Positions 9,359-18,734 of a DNA stretch of 48,110 nt are shown one piece after another. The stretch's first letter is position 1; each line of letters begins with the position of its first letter. The notes below the pieces were generated by a model. It was given only the letters and a program-made list of their open reading frames with translations. It ran no database searches and was not told the DNA's origin. Origin of the DNA: Pseudomonadota bacterium (lineage in GTDB: Bacteria > Pseudomonadota > Gammaproteobacteria > Ga0077536); assembly GCA_043756885.1 (NCBI GenBank), contig JAYUQF010000027.1:1-48110 (forward strand), given 5' to 3'. Made by a program: the position numbers and the translations under genes.

Positions 9359-10018
9359 TCAGAATTCAAATATCGGCGTGGTTTCTGCCCCGATAAGTGG
9401 CGCGAGTTCCGTTTCAAACAGGCTTTCGGTCGCCCAACTGTCTTTGGACAGACGCGTCACGAGCAGTGCTTCCATGACCGGTGCAACACCGATAACGATG
9501 AAAAGGCGCCCTTTGATGCTGAGCTGCTGTTCGATCAGCGGGCGACGTTGGGGCGACGAGCCGGTCACTACGATTACGTCATAAGGCTCAGCGGTACTCC
9601 AGCCCTCCAGTGCGTCGCCGACGTGGAGAGCGACATTGCTGATGCCCATTTGGCGCAAATTGCTTTTGGCGCGCGTTGACAGGTCTTCGAACAGTTCAAT
9701 ACTGGTCACGTGCGCGGCCAGCGTGGCGAGCAACGCCGCCAGATAGCCGTAACCCGTACCTATTTCGAGCGCCCGGTCGGTGCGCTGCACATCCAAGGCC
9801 TGCAGCAGTCGTGCTTCGAGCTTGGGCTGCATCATGGTCTGGCCGTGGCCGATGTCGATAGCGGTATCCGAAAACGCCAACTGCCGGTAAGCCTCGGGCA
9901 CAAAATGTTCCCGCGGTACCTTGGCGCAAGCACTGAGGACGTTGGCATCCAACACTTCCCACGGTCGGATCTGTTGCTCGACCATGTTGAAGCGGGCGGT
10001 TTCGATATCCATAGTCAT
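9359..10018 (-). CDS. Protein-L-isoaspartate O-methyltransferase family protein
   Basis: MVEQQIRPWEVLD...VPREHFVP, the SAM-binding ALEIGTGYGYLAALLA and PYDVIVVTGS motifs are present. The ATG at 10018 gives 219 aa. The longer N-terminal extension in the track has no family features. Confidence 0.85.
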   Translation of the reverse strand: MTMDIETARFNMVEQQIRPWEVLDANVLSACAKVPREHFVPEAYRQLAFSDTAIDIGHGQTMMQPKLEARLLQALDVQRTDRALEIGTGYGYLAALLATLAAHVTSIELFEDLSTRAKSNLRQMGISNVALHVGDALEGWSTAEPYDVIVVTGSSPQRRPLIEQQLSIKGRLFIVIGVAPVMEALLVTRLSKDSWATESLFETELAPLIGAETTPIFEF

Positions 10019-10149
10019 GTTTAACTTAGCTCGCGATGAGTTGGATGCTGGCTGTGAACCGGCGGCGGCCCGGCGCACATTATAGGCGTGCGCTAGAGCC
10101 AGCAGCCAGCTTCGCACAGCTATTGGTGGGGCTGACGCGTTAGTACTGT

Positions 10150-11166
10150 TCAAGCGTGATCGCAGGTTGCCGCGGCTGTCGCCATCGCTGCGCAGGCGCG
10201 CTCGATGACTTCAAGGCCGGCGCTCGGATGATGGGAATCTTCGGTCAACTGCCGTCGCCAGTGGCGCGCGCCCGGCTGCCCTTGGAACAGGTTAAGCAGA
10301 TGGCGGCTGATATGGTGTAACTGGGTGCCGCGTGTGAGCTCAGCACTTAAATACGGCAGGTAACGAGCTAGGCATTCCTCACGCGATGTCAACACAGCGG
10401 TGCCGGTGCTGAACAGCGCACGGTCGAGCGCCGCCAGCCCGTAGGGGTTGTCGTAGGCAGCGCGCCCGAGCATGACCCCATCAACCTCGCGCAGATGAGC
10501 TTGCGCGTGACTGACCGAGACGATGCCACCATTGATTACCAGGACAGCCTCCGGCAGCTCACGACGCAAACGATAAACCCAGGCATATTCGAGCGGTGGG
10601 ATCTCACGATTCTGGCGTGGGCTCAAGCCAGCCAACCAGGCCTTGCGTGCGTGGATCTGAAACACCCGGCATCCAGCCGCATAAAGCGTATGGACAAAGG
10701 CCGCGAAATATTCGTAGCTATATAAATCGTCTATACCCAGACGCGTCTTAACGCTGACAGTCACGGTGGGGGGCACAGCTGCAAGGAGCGCTTGGACACA
10801 TTCGGCCACCAAAGCCGGCTTGGCCATCAGACACGCGCCGAAATCCGCTGCTTGCACACGATCGCTAGGACAACCGCAATTGAGATTCACTTCCTGGTAA
10901 CCGAACTGCGCGCACAGTTCAGCGGCGCGGGCGAGTTCGTCGGGATTGTTACCGCCGAGCTGCACGGCGAGCGGCTGCTCGGCCGGGTCATAAGCCAGAA
11001 GTTGTTCACGATCGCCGCGTAAGATCGCGCGCGCCGTCAGCATCTCGGTATAGAGCCGCGCATTGGGCGCAATGAGGCGGGCGAGATAACGAAAATGCCT
11101 GTCGGTCTTTTGCATCATCGGCGCGATGCACAGCCGCCATCCGTCGCGGTCTGGCGACACATTCAT
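10150..11166 (-). CDS. dusA: tRNA dihydrouridine(20/20a) synthase
   Basis: The N-terminus CIAPMMQKTDRHFRYLARL, the NLNCGCPS catalytic Cys region and the FMN-binding TIM-barrel pattern are all present. Its start overlaps the mutH stop (ATGA). Confidence 0.9.
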   Translation of the reverse strand: MNVSPDRDGWRLCIAPMMQKTDRHFRYLARLIAPNARLYTEMLTARAILRGDREQLLAYDPAEQPLAVQLGGNNPDELARAAELCAQFGYQEVNLNCGCPSDRVQAADFGACLMAKPALVAECVQALLAAVPPTVTVSVKTRLGIDDLYSYEYFAAFVHTLYAAGCRVFQIHARKAWLAGLSPRQNREIPPLEYAWVYRLRRELPEAVLVINGGIVSVSHAQAHLREVDGVMLGRAAYDNPYGLAALDRALFSTGTAVLTSREECLARYLPYLSAELTRGTQLHHISRHLLNLFQGQPGARHWRRQLTEDSHHPSAGLEVIERACAAMATAAATCDHA

Positions 11167-11834
11167 GGAGCGGCACCGTTGTTTAGCAAACTGTGGGTAA
11201 AGCTTGGCCTCAGATAAAAGCCCCGCGGTAGTGTCGCGGCAGGTACGCCGTTGCGGTCGCCGGCGGCGGTAAGGGCGCGGCTGTGGGCGGCCTTCGGGCG
11301 GATTTGCAGATAAACACCCAGGCGCGCATCGAGCTCGTCAAAGCGACCGGTGGTCAACAGCTCCATGTGCTCCTCCCAGTCGGCACGCAGCACATTTTCC
11401 TGAGCCACGTCCGGGCTCCATAACAGTGCCTGGCCCAGGCGTCGCTCGCCTAGGGGTCGATCACTGCTGGTTTCGACCGGCATCCACAGGACGCGACTCA
11501 ATTTGAGCCGCACCGTTGAGCTCAGCCAACGCTGGCCGATGAGATCGCCCAGGGCCACCGTACACACGTGTGTGGATTCACGCGGTCGTCCGTCGGCGGA
11601 GACAGGGATGGTTTTGAGTTCAATGCCCAATTGTGTGAAATCCGGGACCGGACGCGAGCTGGCGCTGGCACCGAGCGCGGCCTCAACCAGTTCCCCTAAC
11701 CACCCTTTGTGGCGCCGCAGGTCGATCGGCACTCGCCATTGGTGAGCTGCGGCGAGTTCTCCCACCGTCGCACCCGCCCAGGCCCGCGCGCGCGCGAGCA
11801 GCTCCGCTTCATCGCGGGGCGGTAAAACTTTCAT
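11163..11834 (-). CDS. mutH: DNA mismatch repair endonuclease MutH
   Basis: It aligns by eye along its whole length with E. coli MutH. Matching segments include KGWLGELVEAALGASASSRPVPDFTQLGIELKTIPV (the D..E.K catalytic triad region), VLWMPVE, LLWSP, YLQIRPKAA and LPRGFYLR. Confidence 0.9.
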   Translation of the reverse strand: MKVLPPRDEAELLARARAWAGATVGELAAAHQWRVPIDLRRHKGWLGELVEAALGASASSRPVPDFTQLGIELKTIPVSADGRPRESTHVCTVALGDLIGQRWLSSTVRLKLSRVLWMPVETSSDRPLGERRLGQALLWSPDVAQENVLRADWEEHMELLTTGRFDELDARLGVYLQIRPKAAHSRALTAAGDRNGVPAATLPRGFYLRPSFTHSLLNNGAAP

Positions 11835-11916
11835 GGCGATGCTGTGGCGCTCAAAAGGCCAAGATGCGGCACGCTGGTGGGCCGCACCGTGATCATTGGG
11901 TAAGCAGTGTTGCGAT

Positions 11917-12696
11917 TCACGCTGCGCTGCCGAAATACTCTTCGGCGCGGGCGGTCAGGACTTCGTGCCCGGTGTTCGTTACCAATATGGTGTGCTCCCA
12001 CTGGGCGGACAGACCCCGGTCCTTGGTCACTACAGTCCAATTGTCGCCCAGCAGCTTCACGTGACGCTTCCCCGCATTGATCATGGGCTCGATGGTAAAT
12101 GTCATGCCCGCTTGCAACTCAACGCCGGTGCCGGCGTTGCCATAGTGCAAAACCTGTGGCTCTTCGTGAAAAATGCGCCCGATGCCATGGCCGCAGTACT
12201 CACGTACGACTGAAAAATTGCGCGATTCGGCTAATGTCTGGATAGCAGCACCGATATCACCCAGGCGCGCGCCGGGTCGAACCAGGGCTATGCCCGCAAT
12301 TAAACACTCGTAGGCGGTATCGACCAGCCTGCGAGCTTTGAGCGAGGTCTCGCCAACAACAAACATTTGCGAAGTGTCGCCATGAAAGCCGTCTTTGATG
12401 ACGGTTATATCGATATTGACGATGTCGCCATTTTTGAGGGCACGCTCGCCGGGAATGCCATGGCAGACCACGTGGTTGACTGAAGTGCATATTGACTTGG
12501 GGAAGCCGTGATAGTTGAGCGGCGCAGGAATAGCCTGCTGGACCTCCACAATATGACGGTGACAAAGTTGGTCCAATTCGTCGGTAGTCACGCCCGGCCG
12601 CACGTAGGGAACGACCATTTCAAGGACTTCTGCGGCAAGGCGACCAGCGACTCGCATCTTGTCGATTTCATCGGCCGACTTAATCGTGATGGGCAT
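11917..12696 (-). CDS. map: Type I methionine aminopeptidase
   Basis: IKSADEIDKMRVAGRLAAEVLEM is near-identical to E. coli Map, and the metal ligands (D.D, H, E, E context) are present. I chose the ATG at 12696 over the TTG at 12705. The gene is divergent from rpsB, as in E. coli. Confidence 0.93.
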   Translation of the reverse strand: MPITIKSADEIDKMRVAGRLAAEVLEMVVPYVRPGVTTDELDQLCHRHIVEVQQAIPAPLNYHGFPKSICTSVNHVVCHGIPGERALKNGDIVNIDITVIKDGFHGDTSQMFVVGETSLKARRLVDTAYECLIAGIALVRPGARLGDIGAAIQTLAESRNFSVVREYCGHGIGRIFHEEPQVLHYGNAGTGVELQAGMTFTIEPMINAGKRHVKLLGDNWTVVTKDRGLSAQWEHTILVTNTGHEVLTARAEEYFGSAA

Positions 12697-12717
12697 AAAG
12701 GCCAAGTTCCCAAGTCA

Positions 12718-12746
12718 TTGTTGATGCACAGGTTCCATGGTATAAA
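12718..12746 (+). promoter_or_regulatory. Candidate rpsB promoter with an extended -10
   Basis: TTGTTG (12718-12723), a 17-nt spacer, then TGG-TATAAA (TG at 12738-12739, -10 at 12741-12746). It resembles the TG-extended TATAAA promoter described for E. coli rpsB. Confidence 0.45.
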
Positions 12747-12877
12747 GCGCGCGCCTTGCAGGCAATCTAACCGTTAAATCCACACACGGATCGTCACAGG
12801 TATCGAGGGTGTCCACCACCTATGTGGGGGATCAATACTTGGGGTTCGTGGAGGCAAAACCCACCAGGAGTTTTCGC
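12747..12877 (+). promoter_or_regulatory. rpsB 5' leader, a possible S2 autoregulatory structure
   Basis: The leader is about 130 nt between the candidate promoter and the rpsB ATG. It contains complementary segments (CCACACACGG / GGTGTCCACCACCTATGTGGGGG / GGAGGCAAAACCCACC). The SD CAGGAG lies just before the ATG at 12878. Confidence 0.35.
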
Positions 12878-13648
12878 ATGAGTGAAGTAAGCATGCGCCA
12901 GATGCTCGAAGCTGGCGTTCATTTCGGTCATCAGACCCGGTTCTGGCATCCCAAGATGGCGCCGTACATCTTCGGCGAGCGTAACAAGATTCACATCATC
13001 AATCTCGAACAGACGCAGCCCTTGTTTGTCGAGGCCATGAATTTTGTCGGCCGCTTGACTGCCAAGCGCGGCAAAGTGCTATTCGTCGGAACCAAGCGCT
13101 CAGCACAAGAATCCGTCAGTCGCGAAGCACAGCGTTGTGGCATGCCCTTTGTCAGCCGCCGCTGGCTGGGCGGTATGTTGACCAACTTCAAGACCGTCAA
13201 ACAATCTATACGTCGTCTGAAGGAACTTGAACAGTTATTGGAGAGCGGCGGCCTCGACCGTATGTCGAAAAAAGAAGGCCTGGGCTTAAAGCGCGAACTT
13301 GAAAAGCTCCATCTTGGCCTCGGTGGCATCAAGGACATGGATGGACTCCCCGATGCCTTGTTCATCGTCGATGTCGGCCATGAACGCATTGCCGTCATGG
13401 AAGCCATGAAACTTGGTATCCCGATCGTGGCTGTTGTCGACACTAACAATACCCCGGACGGCGTTGACTACGTGATCCCTGGAAATGACGACGCGATCCG
13501 CGCCATCGACCTCTACACCAAAGGTGTGGCCGATGCCGTGCTCGACGCCCGTTTGAGCAGCTCGGGTGGCGGTGGCGGACGCGACGACTTCATAGAACTC
13601 GACGAAGCAGGCGCACCGCTCGGCGCGGCCGAAGCACCGGCTCCCTGA
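12878..13648 (+). CDS. rpsB: 30S ribosomal protein S2
   Basis: [34 protein letters not shown] is the canonical S2 N-terminus. The ATG at 12878 is preceded by CAGGAG. The protein has a short Gly/acidic C-terminal tail. Confidence 0.95.
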   Translation: MSEVSMRQMLEAGVHFGHQTRFWHPKMAPYIFGERNKIHIINLEQTQPLFVEAMNFVGRLTAKRGKVLFVGTKRSAQESVSREAQRCGMPFVSRRWLGGMLTNFKTVKQSIRRLKELEQLLESGGLDRMSKKEGLGLKRELEKLHLGLGGIKDMDGLPDALFIVDVGHERIAVMEAMKLGIPIVAVVDTNNTPDGVDYVIPGNDDAIRAIDLYTKGVADAVLDARLSSSGGGGGRDDFIELDEAGAPLGAAEAPAP

Positions 13649-13666
13649 CCCGCGCCGTCGCGGGTC
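13647..13666 (+). terminator. GC-rich hairpin in the rpsB-tsf spacer, attenuator-like
   Basis: GACCCGCG (13647-13654), loop CCGT, CGCGGGTC (13659-13666): a perfect 8-bp stem overlapping the rpsB stop. No clear U-tract follows, so at most it is a partial terminator. Confidence 0.35.
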
Positions 13667-13698
13667 GTTGGTGCGAAACACAACAGAGGATAAATAAG

Positions 13699-14583
13699 AT
13701 GGAAATCACGGCCGCGATGGTTAAAGAACTGCGCGAGCGGTCTGGTGCCGGCATGATGGACTGCAAAAAGGCGCTGGTCGAATCCAACGGCGATATCGAG
13801 CTTGCGATCGAAAATATGCGTAAGTCGGGCGCGGCAAAAGCTGCCAAGAAGGCGGGCCGCATTGCTGCCGAAGGCGCTATAGTCACGGCTTCCAGCAGCA
13901 GTGGCGCAGTGTTGGTTGAAGTCAACAGCGAAACCGACTTCGTTGCAAACGATGACAACTTTATTCGCTTCGCGGCGGTAGTTGCCAACGCCGCTCTGAG
14001 TTCGGGCGTCGCTGATGTCGCGGCCCTGCGTAACGTCGCCGGACCTGAAGGCGAAAGCCTCGAACAAATGCGTACCAGCCTGGTTGGCAAAATCGGCGAA
14101 AACATTGAGATACGCCGCTTCGCCGCGCTTGCCGCTGCCGGTGGCATTGTTGAATCCTATTTGCACGGCAAACGAATTGGTGTGCTGGTTGCGCTGCAGG
14201 GCGGTTCTTCGGAACTGGCGCGCGACATTGCGATGCATATCGCTGCCAGTAATCCGGTGTGTCTGAGCGAAGCTGAGATGCCGCCCGAAGTGTTGGCAAA
14301 GGAGCGCGAGATCCACTTGGCACAAGCCGCGCAGAGTGGCAAGCCGGCAGACATCATCGAAAAAATGGTGGTCGGTCGGCTGAAAAAATTCATCTCAGAA
14401 ACTACGTTGTTGGGCCAAAATTTTGTTAAAGATCAGGACAAAACCGTAGCCAAACTGTTAAGCGAACACGGCGCCAAGGTCAGCAGTTTTGTGCGTTACG
14501 AAGTCGGCGAAGGTATCGATAAAAAGGAGGATAACTTCGTCGAAGAAGTCATGGCTCAGGCGCGCGGCGCGACCCAGCGCTAA
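13699..14583 (+). CDS. tsf: Translation elongation factor Ts
   Basis: The UBA-like N-terminus [26 protein letters not shown] is present. Length is 294 aa, and the gene sits after rpsB. Confidence 0.95.
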   Translation: MEITAAMVKELRERSGAGMMDCKKALVESNGDIELAIENMRKSGAAKAAKKAGRIAAEGAIVTASSSSGAVLVEVNSETDFVANDDNFIRFAAVVANAALSSGVADVAALRNVAGPEGESLEQMRTSLVGKIGENIEIRRFAALAAAGGIVESYLHGKRIGVLVALQGGSSELARDIAMHIAASNPVCLSEAEMPPEVLAKEREIHLAQAAQSGKPADIIEKMVVGRLKKFISETTLLGQNFVKDQDKTVAKLLSEHGAKVSSFVRYEVGEGIDKKEDNFVEEVMAQARGATQR

Positions 14584-14603
14584 AGGTGGCGCCAGACGCA
14601 GGC

Positions 14604-15350
14604 ATGGCTTTGAATACCAGCAGCGGGACAAAACGCCCGCATTTTAAGCGCGTCTTGATCAAATTGAGCGGCGAGGCGCTGATGGGCGAAGGCGACTACG
14701 GTATTGATCCGCAGATCCTTGGTCGTATCGGCGACGAAATTCGTGATCTGGGTGAAGCTGGTGTTGAGGTTGCAATCGTGATCGGCGGCGGCAATATTTT
14801 TCGCGGCGTCGGCTTAGCCGCGGCCGGCATCGACCGTGTCACGGCTGATCAGATGGGCATGCTCGCGACTGTCATCAATGCGCTCGCCATTCAAGACGCG
14901 CTGGAACGTAAGGGCATGTTTGCCCGCGTGATGTCGGCCATCAAGATTAATCAAGTCTGCGAAGATTACATACGCCGCCGCGCCGTTCGGCATCTTGAGA
15001 AAGGGCGAGTGGTGGTGCTCGCCGCAGGTACCGGGAACCCCTTCTTCACCACCGACTCGGCGGCTAGCTTACGGGCTATCGAGATTAACGCTGAACTCAT
15101 GATCAAGGCGACCAAAGTCGATGGCGTATATTCGGCTGACCCGAACAAGGATCCCACCGCGCATCGCTACGACAAGCTGGATTATGACGAAGTGCTTGAG
15201 CGTAAGCTGGGGGTCATGGATGCGACCGCGATCGTTCTGTGCCGAGAAAACAAGATGCCGCTGCGAGTGGTCGACATGACAGCGCCTGGCGCGTTTGTTG
15301 CCGCTGCACTGGGCGAAGAAGTAGGAACCCTGGTAACGGTAGTCAGATGA
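14604..15350 (+). CDS. pyrH: UMP kinase
   Basis: [25 protein letters not shown] and the VDGVYSADP motif are present. I preferred the ATG at 14604 to the GTG at 14586. Confidence 0.93.
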   Translation: MALNTSSGTKRPHFKRVLIKLSGEALMGEGDYGIDPQILGRIGDEIRDLGEAGVEVAIVIGGGNIFRGVGLAAAGIDRVTADQMGMLATVINALAIQDALERKGMFARVMSAIKINQVCEDYIRRRAVRHLEKGRVVVLAAGTGNPFFTTDSAASLRAIEINAELMIKATKVDGVYSADPNKDPTAHRYDKLDYDEVLERKLGVMDATAIVLCRENKMPLRVVDMTAPGAFVAAALGEEVGTLVTVVR

Positions 15351-15351
15351 C

Positions 15352-15909
15352 ATGATCAAGGACATCATTGAAGACGCGCGTAAGCGTATGGGCAAGAGCG
15401 TCGATTCTTTCCACGCAGACCTGGCCCGGCTGCGAACTGGTCGCGCTCAACCGAGCCTGATTGAACACATCATGGTTAATTATTACGGGACGTCGACGCC
15501 ACTGCCGCAGTGTGCGAGCGTGTCCGTAGAGGATGCCCGTACACTGGTTGTTACAGCCTGGGATCGTGGCGCGATCGAAGCAGTTGAAAAGGCCATCCGC
15601 GACTCCGGGCTGGGCCTGAACCCCAACTCCGCAGGCAGTGTCATACGTGTGCCCTTGCCGCCATTGACCGAGGAGCGGCGACGGGACCTGATAAAGATTT
15701 TGAATAAAGAAGCCGAGCAGGCCAAAGTTGCCGTGCGCAACGTGCGTCGTGATGCTATTGCGCACGTGAAAGAACTACTCAAAGCGAAAGACATCACCAC
15801 AGACGACGAGCGTAAAGGCGAAGAACAAGCACAGAAAATTACCGACGAGCACGTCAGAAAGATTGACGAAATCGTCGCGGCCAAAGAGCGCGAAATGATG
15901 GCGGTCTGA
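15352..15909 (+). CDS. frr: Ribosome recycling factor
   Basis: The product is 185 aa. It contains ...LRTGRA.PSL...I.V.YYG..TPL.Q.A.V and the [10 protein letters not shown] motif. Confidence 0.95.
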   Translation: MIKDIIEDARKRMGKSVDSFHADLARLRTGRAQPSLIEHIMVNYYGTSTPLPQCASVSVEDARTLVVTAWDRGAIEAVEKAIRDSGLGLNPNSAGSVIRVPLPPLTEERRRDLIKILNKEAEQAKVAVRNVRRDAIAHVKELLKAKDITTDDERKGEEQAQKITDEHVRKIDEIVAAKEREMMAV

Positions 15910-15911
15910 CA

Positions 15912-16682
15912 GTGGCGACTGGGCCTGCTACGTCGACGGACCTGCCACGCCATGTTGCGATCATCATGGACGGCAACGGTCGCTGGGCGAGACGCCGGCA
16001 GTTGCCTCGTATCGCTGGTCACCGCGCCGGTGTTGAAAATGTACGTGACATCGTTAAGTACTGCGCTGAGTCTGGCATTGATACCCTGACGCTGTTTGCC
16101 TTCAGCAGCGAAAACTGGCGTCGTCCCCCCACCGAAGTCAGGCTGCTGTTCGATTTGTTCGTGCTGGCGCTGGATCAAGAAATTGAACGGCTCCACGAAG
16201 CCGGCGTGCGCTTGCGGGTGATTGGCGACCGTTCTCCGTTTCCGAAGAAGCTCCAACAGTGCATCGAGAGAGCCGAAGCTCGCACGATCGACAATCGACG
16301 TCTGAACTTAGTGATCGCTGCAAACTATGGTGGCCAGTGGGACATTACTCAGGCAACCCGCCAGCTCGCCACCCTGGTCAAAAACCGAGAACTCGAGCCG
16401 GACGCCATCACGGCAGAACACATCGAAGCACGTTTGGCACTGGCCGATGTGCCGAACCCCGACCTGTTTATCCGCTCGGGCGGTGAACAACGCATCAGTA
16501 ATTACCTGCTCTGGCAGCTGGCCTACACCGAACTCTATTTCACTGATTGTCTGTGGCCAGATTTTGATACATCGGAATTCGAGCGAGCCCTGCGGAGCTT
16601 CAGGATCCGTCAGCGACGGTTCGGGATGACCGGCGAGCAGGTCAGCGGCGAGCTTGATGTTGTGGTCTCAAACACCGAATGA
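15912..16682 (+). CDS. uppS: Undecaprenyl-diphosphate synthase (cis-prenyltransferase)
   Basis: PRHVAIIMDGNGRWA, LTLFAFSSENW.RP and RISNYLLWQLAYTELYF are present. Confidence 0.93.
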   Translation: MATGPATSTDLPRHVAIIMDGNGRWARRRQLPRIAGHRAGVENVRDIVKYCAESGIDTLTLFAFSSENWRRPPTEVRLLFDLFVLALDQEIERLHEAGVRLRVIGDRSPFPKKLQQCIERAEARTIDNRRLNLVIAANYGGQWDITQATRQLATLVKNRELEPDAITAEHIEARLALADVPNPDLFIRSGGEQRISNYLLWQLAYTELYFTDCLWPDFDTSEFERALRSFRIRQRRFGMTGEQVSGELDVVVSNTE

Positions 16683-16728
16683 TGTTGGTCGCTGCCGAGG
16701 AGTTCGGCTTCGGCTTTTTTGCCCGCCT

Positions 16729-17553
16729 GTGTCAAATCTGATTACACGCGTTTTGACGGCGGCCGTTCTGGGCGGGGTCGTGGTGTTTGGTACATTGCGG
16801 CTGCCGTTCGAATTCATGACCGTCTTATTCGCGTTGCTGTTGTTTGGCGCGGCTGAAGAATGGTCGCGACTGGCGGGTATGAAAAGTCAAACGGGCCGTA
16901 TTACTTATGCTGCAGTGACCCTGTGTGCTGCACTAAGTAGCGCCTTGCTATTGCGCGATGCGTCGATCGCGTTGAGCGCCTTGCTGCTGTCAGGTTGCCT
17001 GTGGTGGCTGGTAGCAGGTGCCTGGGTTATTCAATACCAACGACATGAAGGTCCGAAGATCAGTGATCCGCTGTGGCTTGGCGGGTGCGGATGGCTCGCT
17101 TTGGTCCCGGCCTTGGTGGCACTCCTTAGCTTGCTCGACCGCGCTCCTGCGCTCCTGCTGGCTTTGTTCGGACTGGTATGGGGGGCAGACATTTTTGCCT
17201 ACTTTGGTGGCAAAACCTTCGGACGTCGACGGCTTGCAAGTCGTGTAAGCCCGGGCAAAACCTGGGAGGGATTCATGGCTGGGCTGCTAGGCACTCAGTT
17301 GCTGACGTTGGCAGCGGTGGGCCTAGGCCTCAACGCCCACCTGTCCTTAACTTACGCATTGTTACTCGCCGCAGTCACACTTGGCGCTTCGGTGATCGGT
17401 GATCTCTTCGAAAGCCTGCTCAAGCGTTTGCGCGGGGTTAAAGACAGCGGCACGCTGCTGCCGGGGCACGGCGGTCTTCTCGACCGTATCGACAGCCTGT
17501 TGGCAGCTGCGCCAGTGTTCACTTTAGGACTTTTTCTGCTGGAGCAACCATGA
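16729..17553 (+). CDS. cdsA: Phosphatidate cytidylyltransferase
   Basis: It is a multi-TM protein with the signature [25 protein letters not shown]. The GTG at 16729 gives the typical N-terminus ([11 protein letters not shown]...). The ATG at 16657 would add an Arg/Cys-rich extension overlapping uppS. Confidence 0.88.
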   Translation: MSNLITRVLTAAVLGGVVVFGTLRLPFEFMTVLFALLLFGAAEEWSRLAGMKSQTGRITYAAVTLCAALSSALLLRDASIALSALLLSGCLWWLVAGAWVIQYQRHEGPKISDPLWLGGCGWLALVPALVALLSLLDRAPALLLALFGLVWGADIFAYFGGKTFGRRRLASRVSPGKTWEGFMAGLLGTQLLTLAAVGLGLNAHLSLTYALLLAAVTLGASVIGDLFESLLKRLRGVKDSGTLLPGHGGLLDRIDSLLAAAPVFTLGLFLLEQP

Positions 17554-18734
17554 CCATCGCAGTGACCATACTCGGTTCAACTGGCACAATTGGCGTCAAT
17601 ACGCTGGACGTCATAACCCGCCATCCTGAACGCTTTACGGTTTTTGCGCTCTCTGCCAATTCTAATGTCGAGGGACTGTTTGCTCAGTGCCAGGCATGGA
17701 ACCCACCCTTTGCAGTGATGGTCGAAGAACGTGCTGCCACGCAGTTGGAAACAAAATGCAAAGCTGCGGGCCTGGACACGCAGGTACTGGCGGGTGCGAC
17801 AGCGCTGTCTGCCATCGCTGCCCATCAGCAGGTCGACTACGTGATGGCGGGCATCGTCGGCGCAGCGGGCCTGTTGCCAAATCTTGCTGCGGCGCGGGCG
17901 GGAAAGCGGATCATGCTCGCCAACAAAGAGTCCTTGGTAATGTCGGGCCAACTGTTCATGGACGCCGTGCGCGAAAGTAATGCCGAGTTGTTGCCGATTG
18001 ATAGCGAGCACAATGCCGTGTTCCAGTGCCTGCCCGAAAGCTTCGGCGACGGTTTGGCGCGTGTCGGCGTGGAGCGCATTCTGCTGACCGCATCGGGCGG
18101 TCCGTTCCGCTCGTGGCCTATCGAGCAGCTGCATACGGTAACGCCGGCGCAGGCCTGCGCCCATCCAAACTGGGTGATGGGGCGCAAGATTTCCGTGGAC
18201 TCAGCCACCATGATGAACAAGGGCTTGGAAGTGATAGAAGCATGCTGGTTGTTCGGCACTACGCCAGCCCAGATCGAGGTGGTCATCCATCCGCAAAGCG
18301 TGATTCATTCTATGGTTCAGTACGTCGATGGCTCGGTGCTCGCACAGCTTGGCAACCCTGATATGCGCACGCCGATCGCGTACGCGTTGGCCTGGCCCGA
18401 GCGCTGCGAGGCCGGTGTCACGCGTCTAGACCTGTTCAGCATTCGCCGTCTCGATTTTGAGGAACCCGATTACGACCGGTTTCCCTGTCTGCGCTTGGCG
18501 CGCGACGCCATGAGCGCCGGCGGTACTGCGCCAGCGATCATGAATGCGGCCAACGAAATGGCGGTGGCGGCATTCCTCGATGAAAAGATTTCCTATACCG
18601 CGATCCCGCGCCTGGTTGGTGGTGCTCTTGAGCGAATAACGGCGCGGCCAGCACTCGATCTGGCGACCATCCTGGCAGACGACGCGAGTGCGCGTGAATG
18701 TGTGCGGCGCTTAGTGGCCGAAGGAGTGAAGTGA
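17550..18734 (+). CDS. dxr: 1-deoxy-D-xylulose-5-phosphate reductoisomerase
   Basis: [33 protein letters not shown] and [21 protein letters not shown] are present. It shows start/stop coupling with cdsA. Confidence 0.93.
   Translation: MTIAVTILGSTGTIGVNTLDVITRHPERFTVFALSANSNVEGLFAQCQAWNPPFAVMVEERAATQLETKCKAAGLDTQVLAGATALSAIAAHQQVDYVMAGIVGAAGLLPNLAAARAGKRIMLANKESLVMSGQLFMDAVRESNAELLPIDSEHNAVFQCLPESFGDGLARVGVERILLTASGGPFRSWPIEQLHTVTPAQACAHPNWVMGRKISVDSATMMNKGLEVIEACWLFGTTPAQIEVVIHPQSVIHSMVQYVDGSVLAQLGNPDMRTPIAYALAWPERCEAGVTRLDLFSIRRLDFEEPDYDRFPCLRLARDAMSAGGTAPAIMNAANEMAVAAFLDEKISYTAIPRLVGGALERITARPALDLATILADDASARECVRRLVAEGVK

Noticed and set aside
13513-14325. 270-aa and 185-aa ORFs antisense to rpsB/tsf.
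   Set aside because: They overlap universally conserved ribosomal and translation genes, and their composition is that of a shadow frame.
15483-16256. A 257-aa ORF antisense to frr/uppS.
   Set aside because: It spans a gene boundary on the opposite strand, is Ser/Arg/Ala-rich and has no family features.
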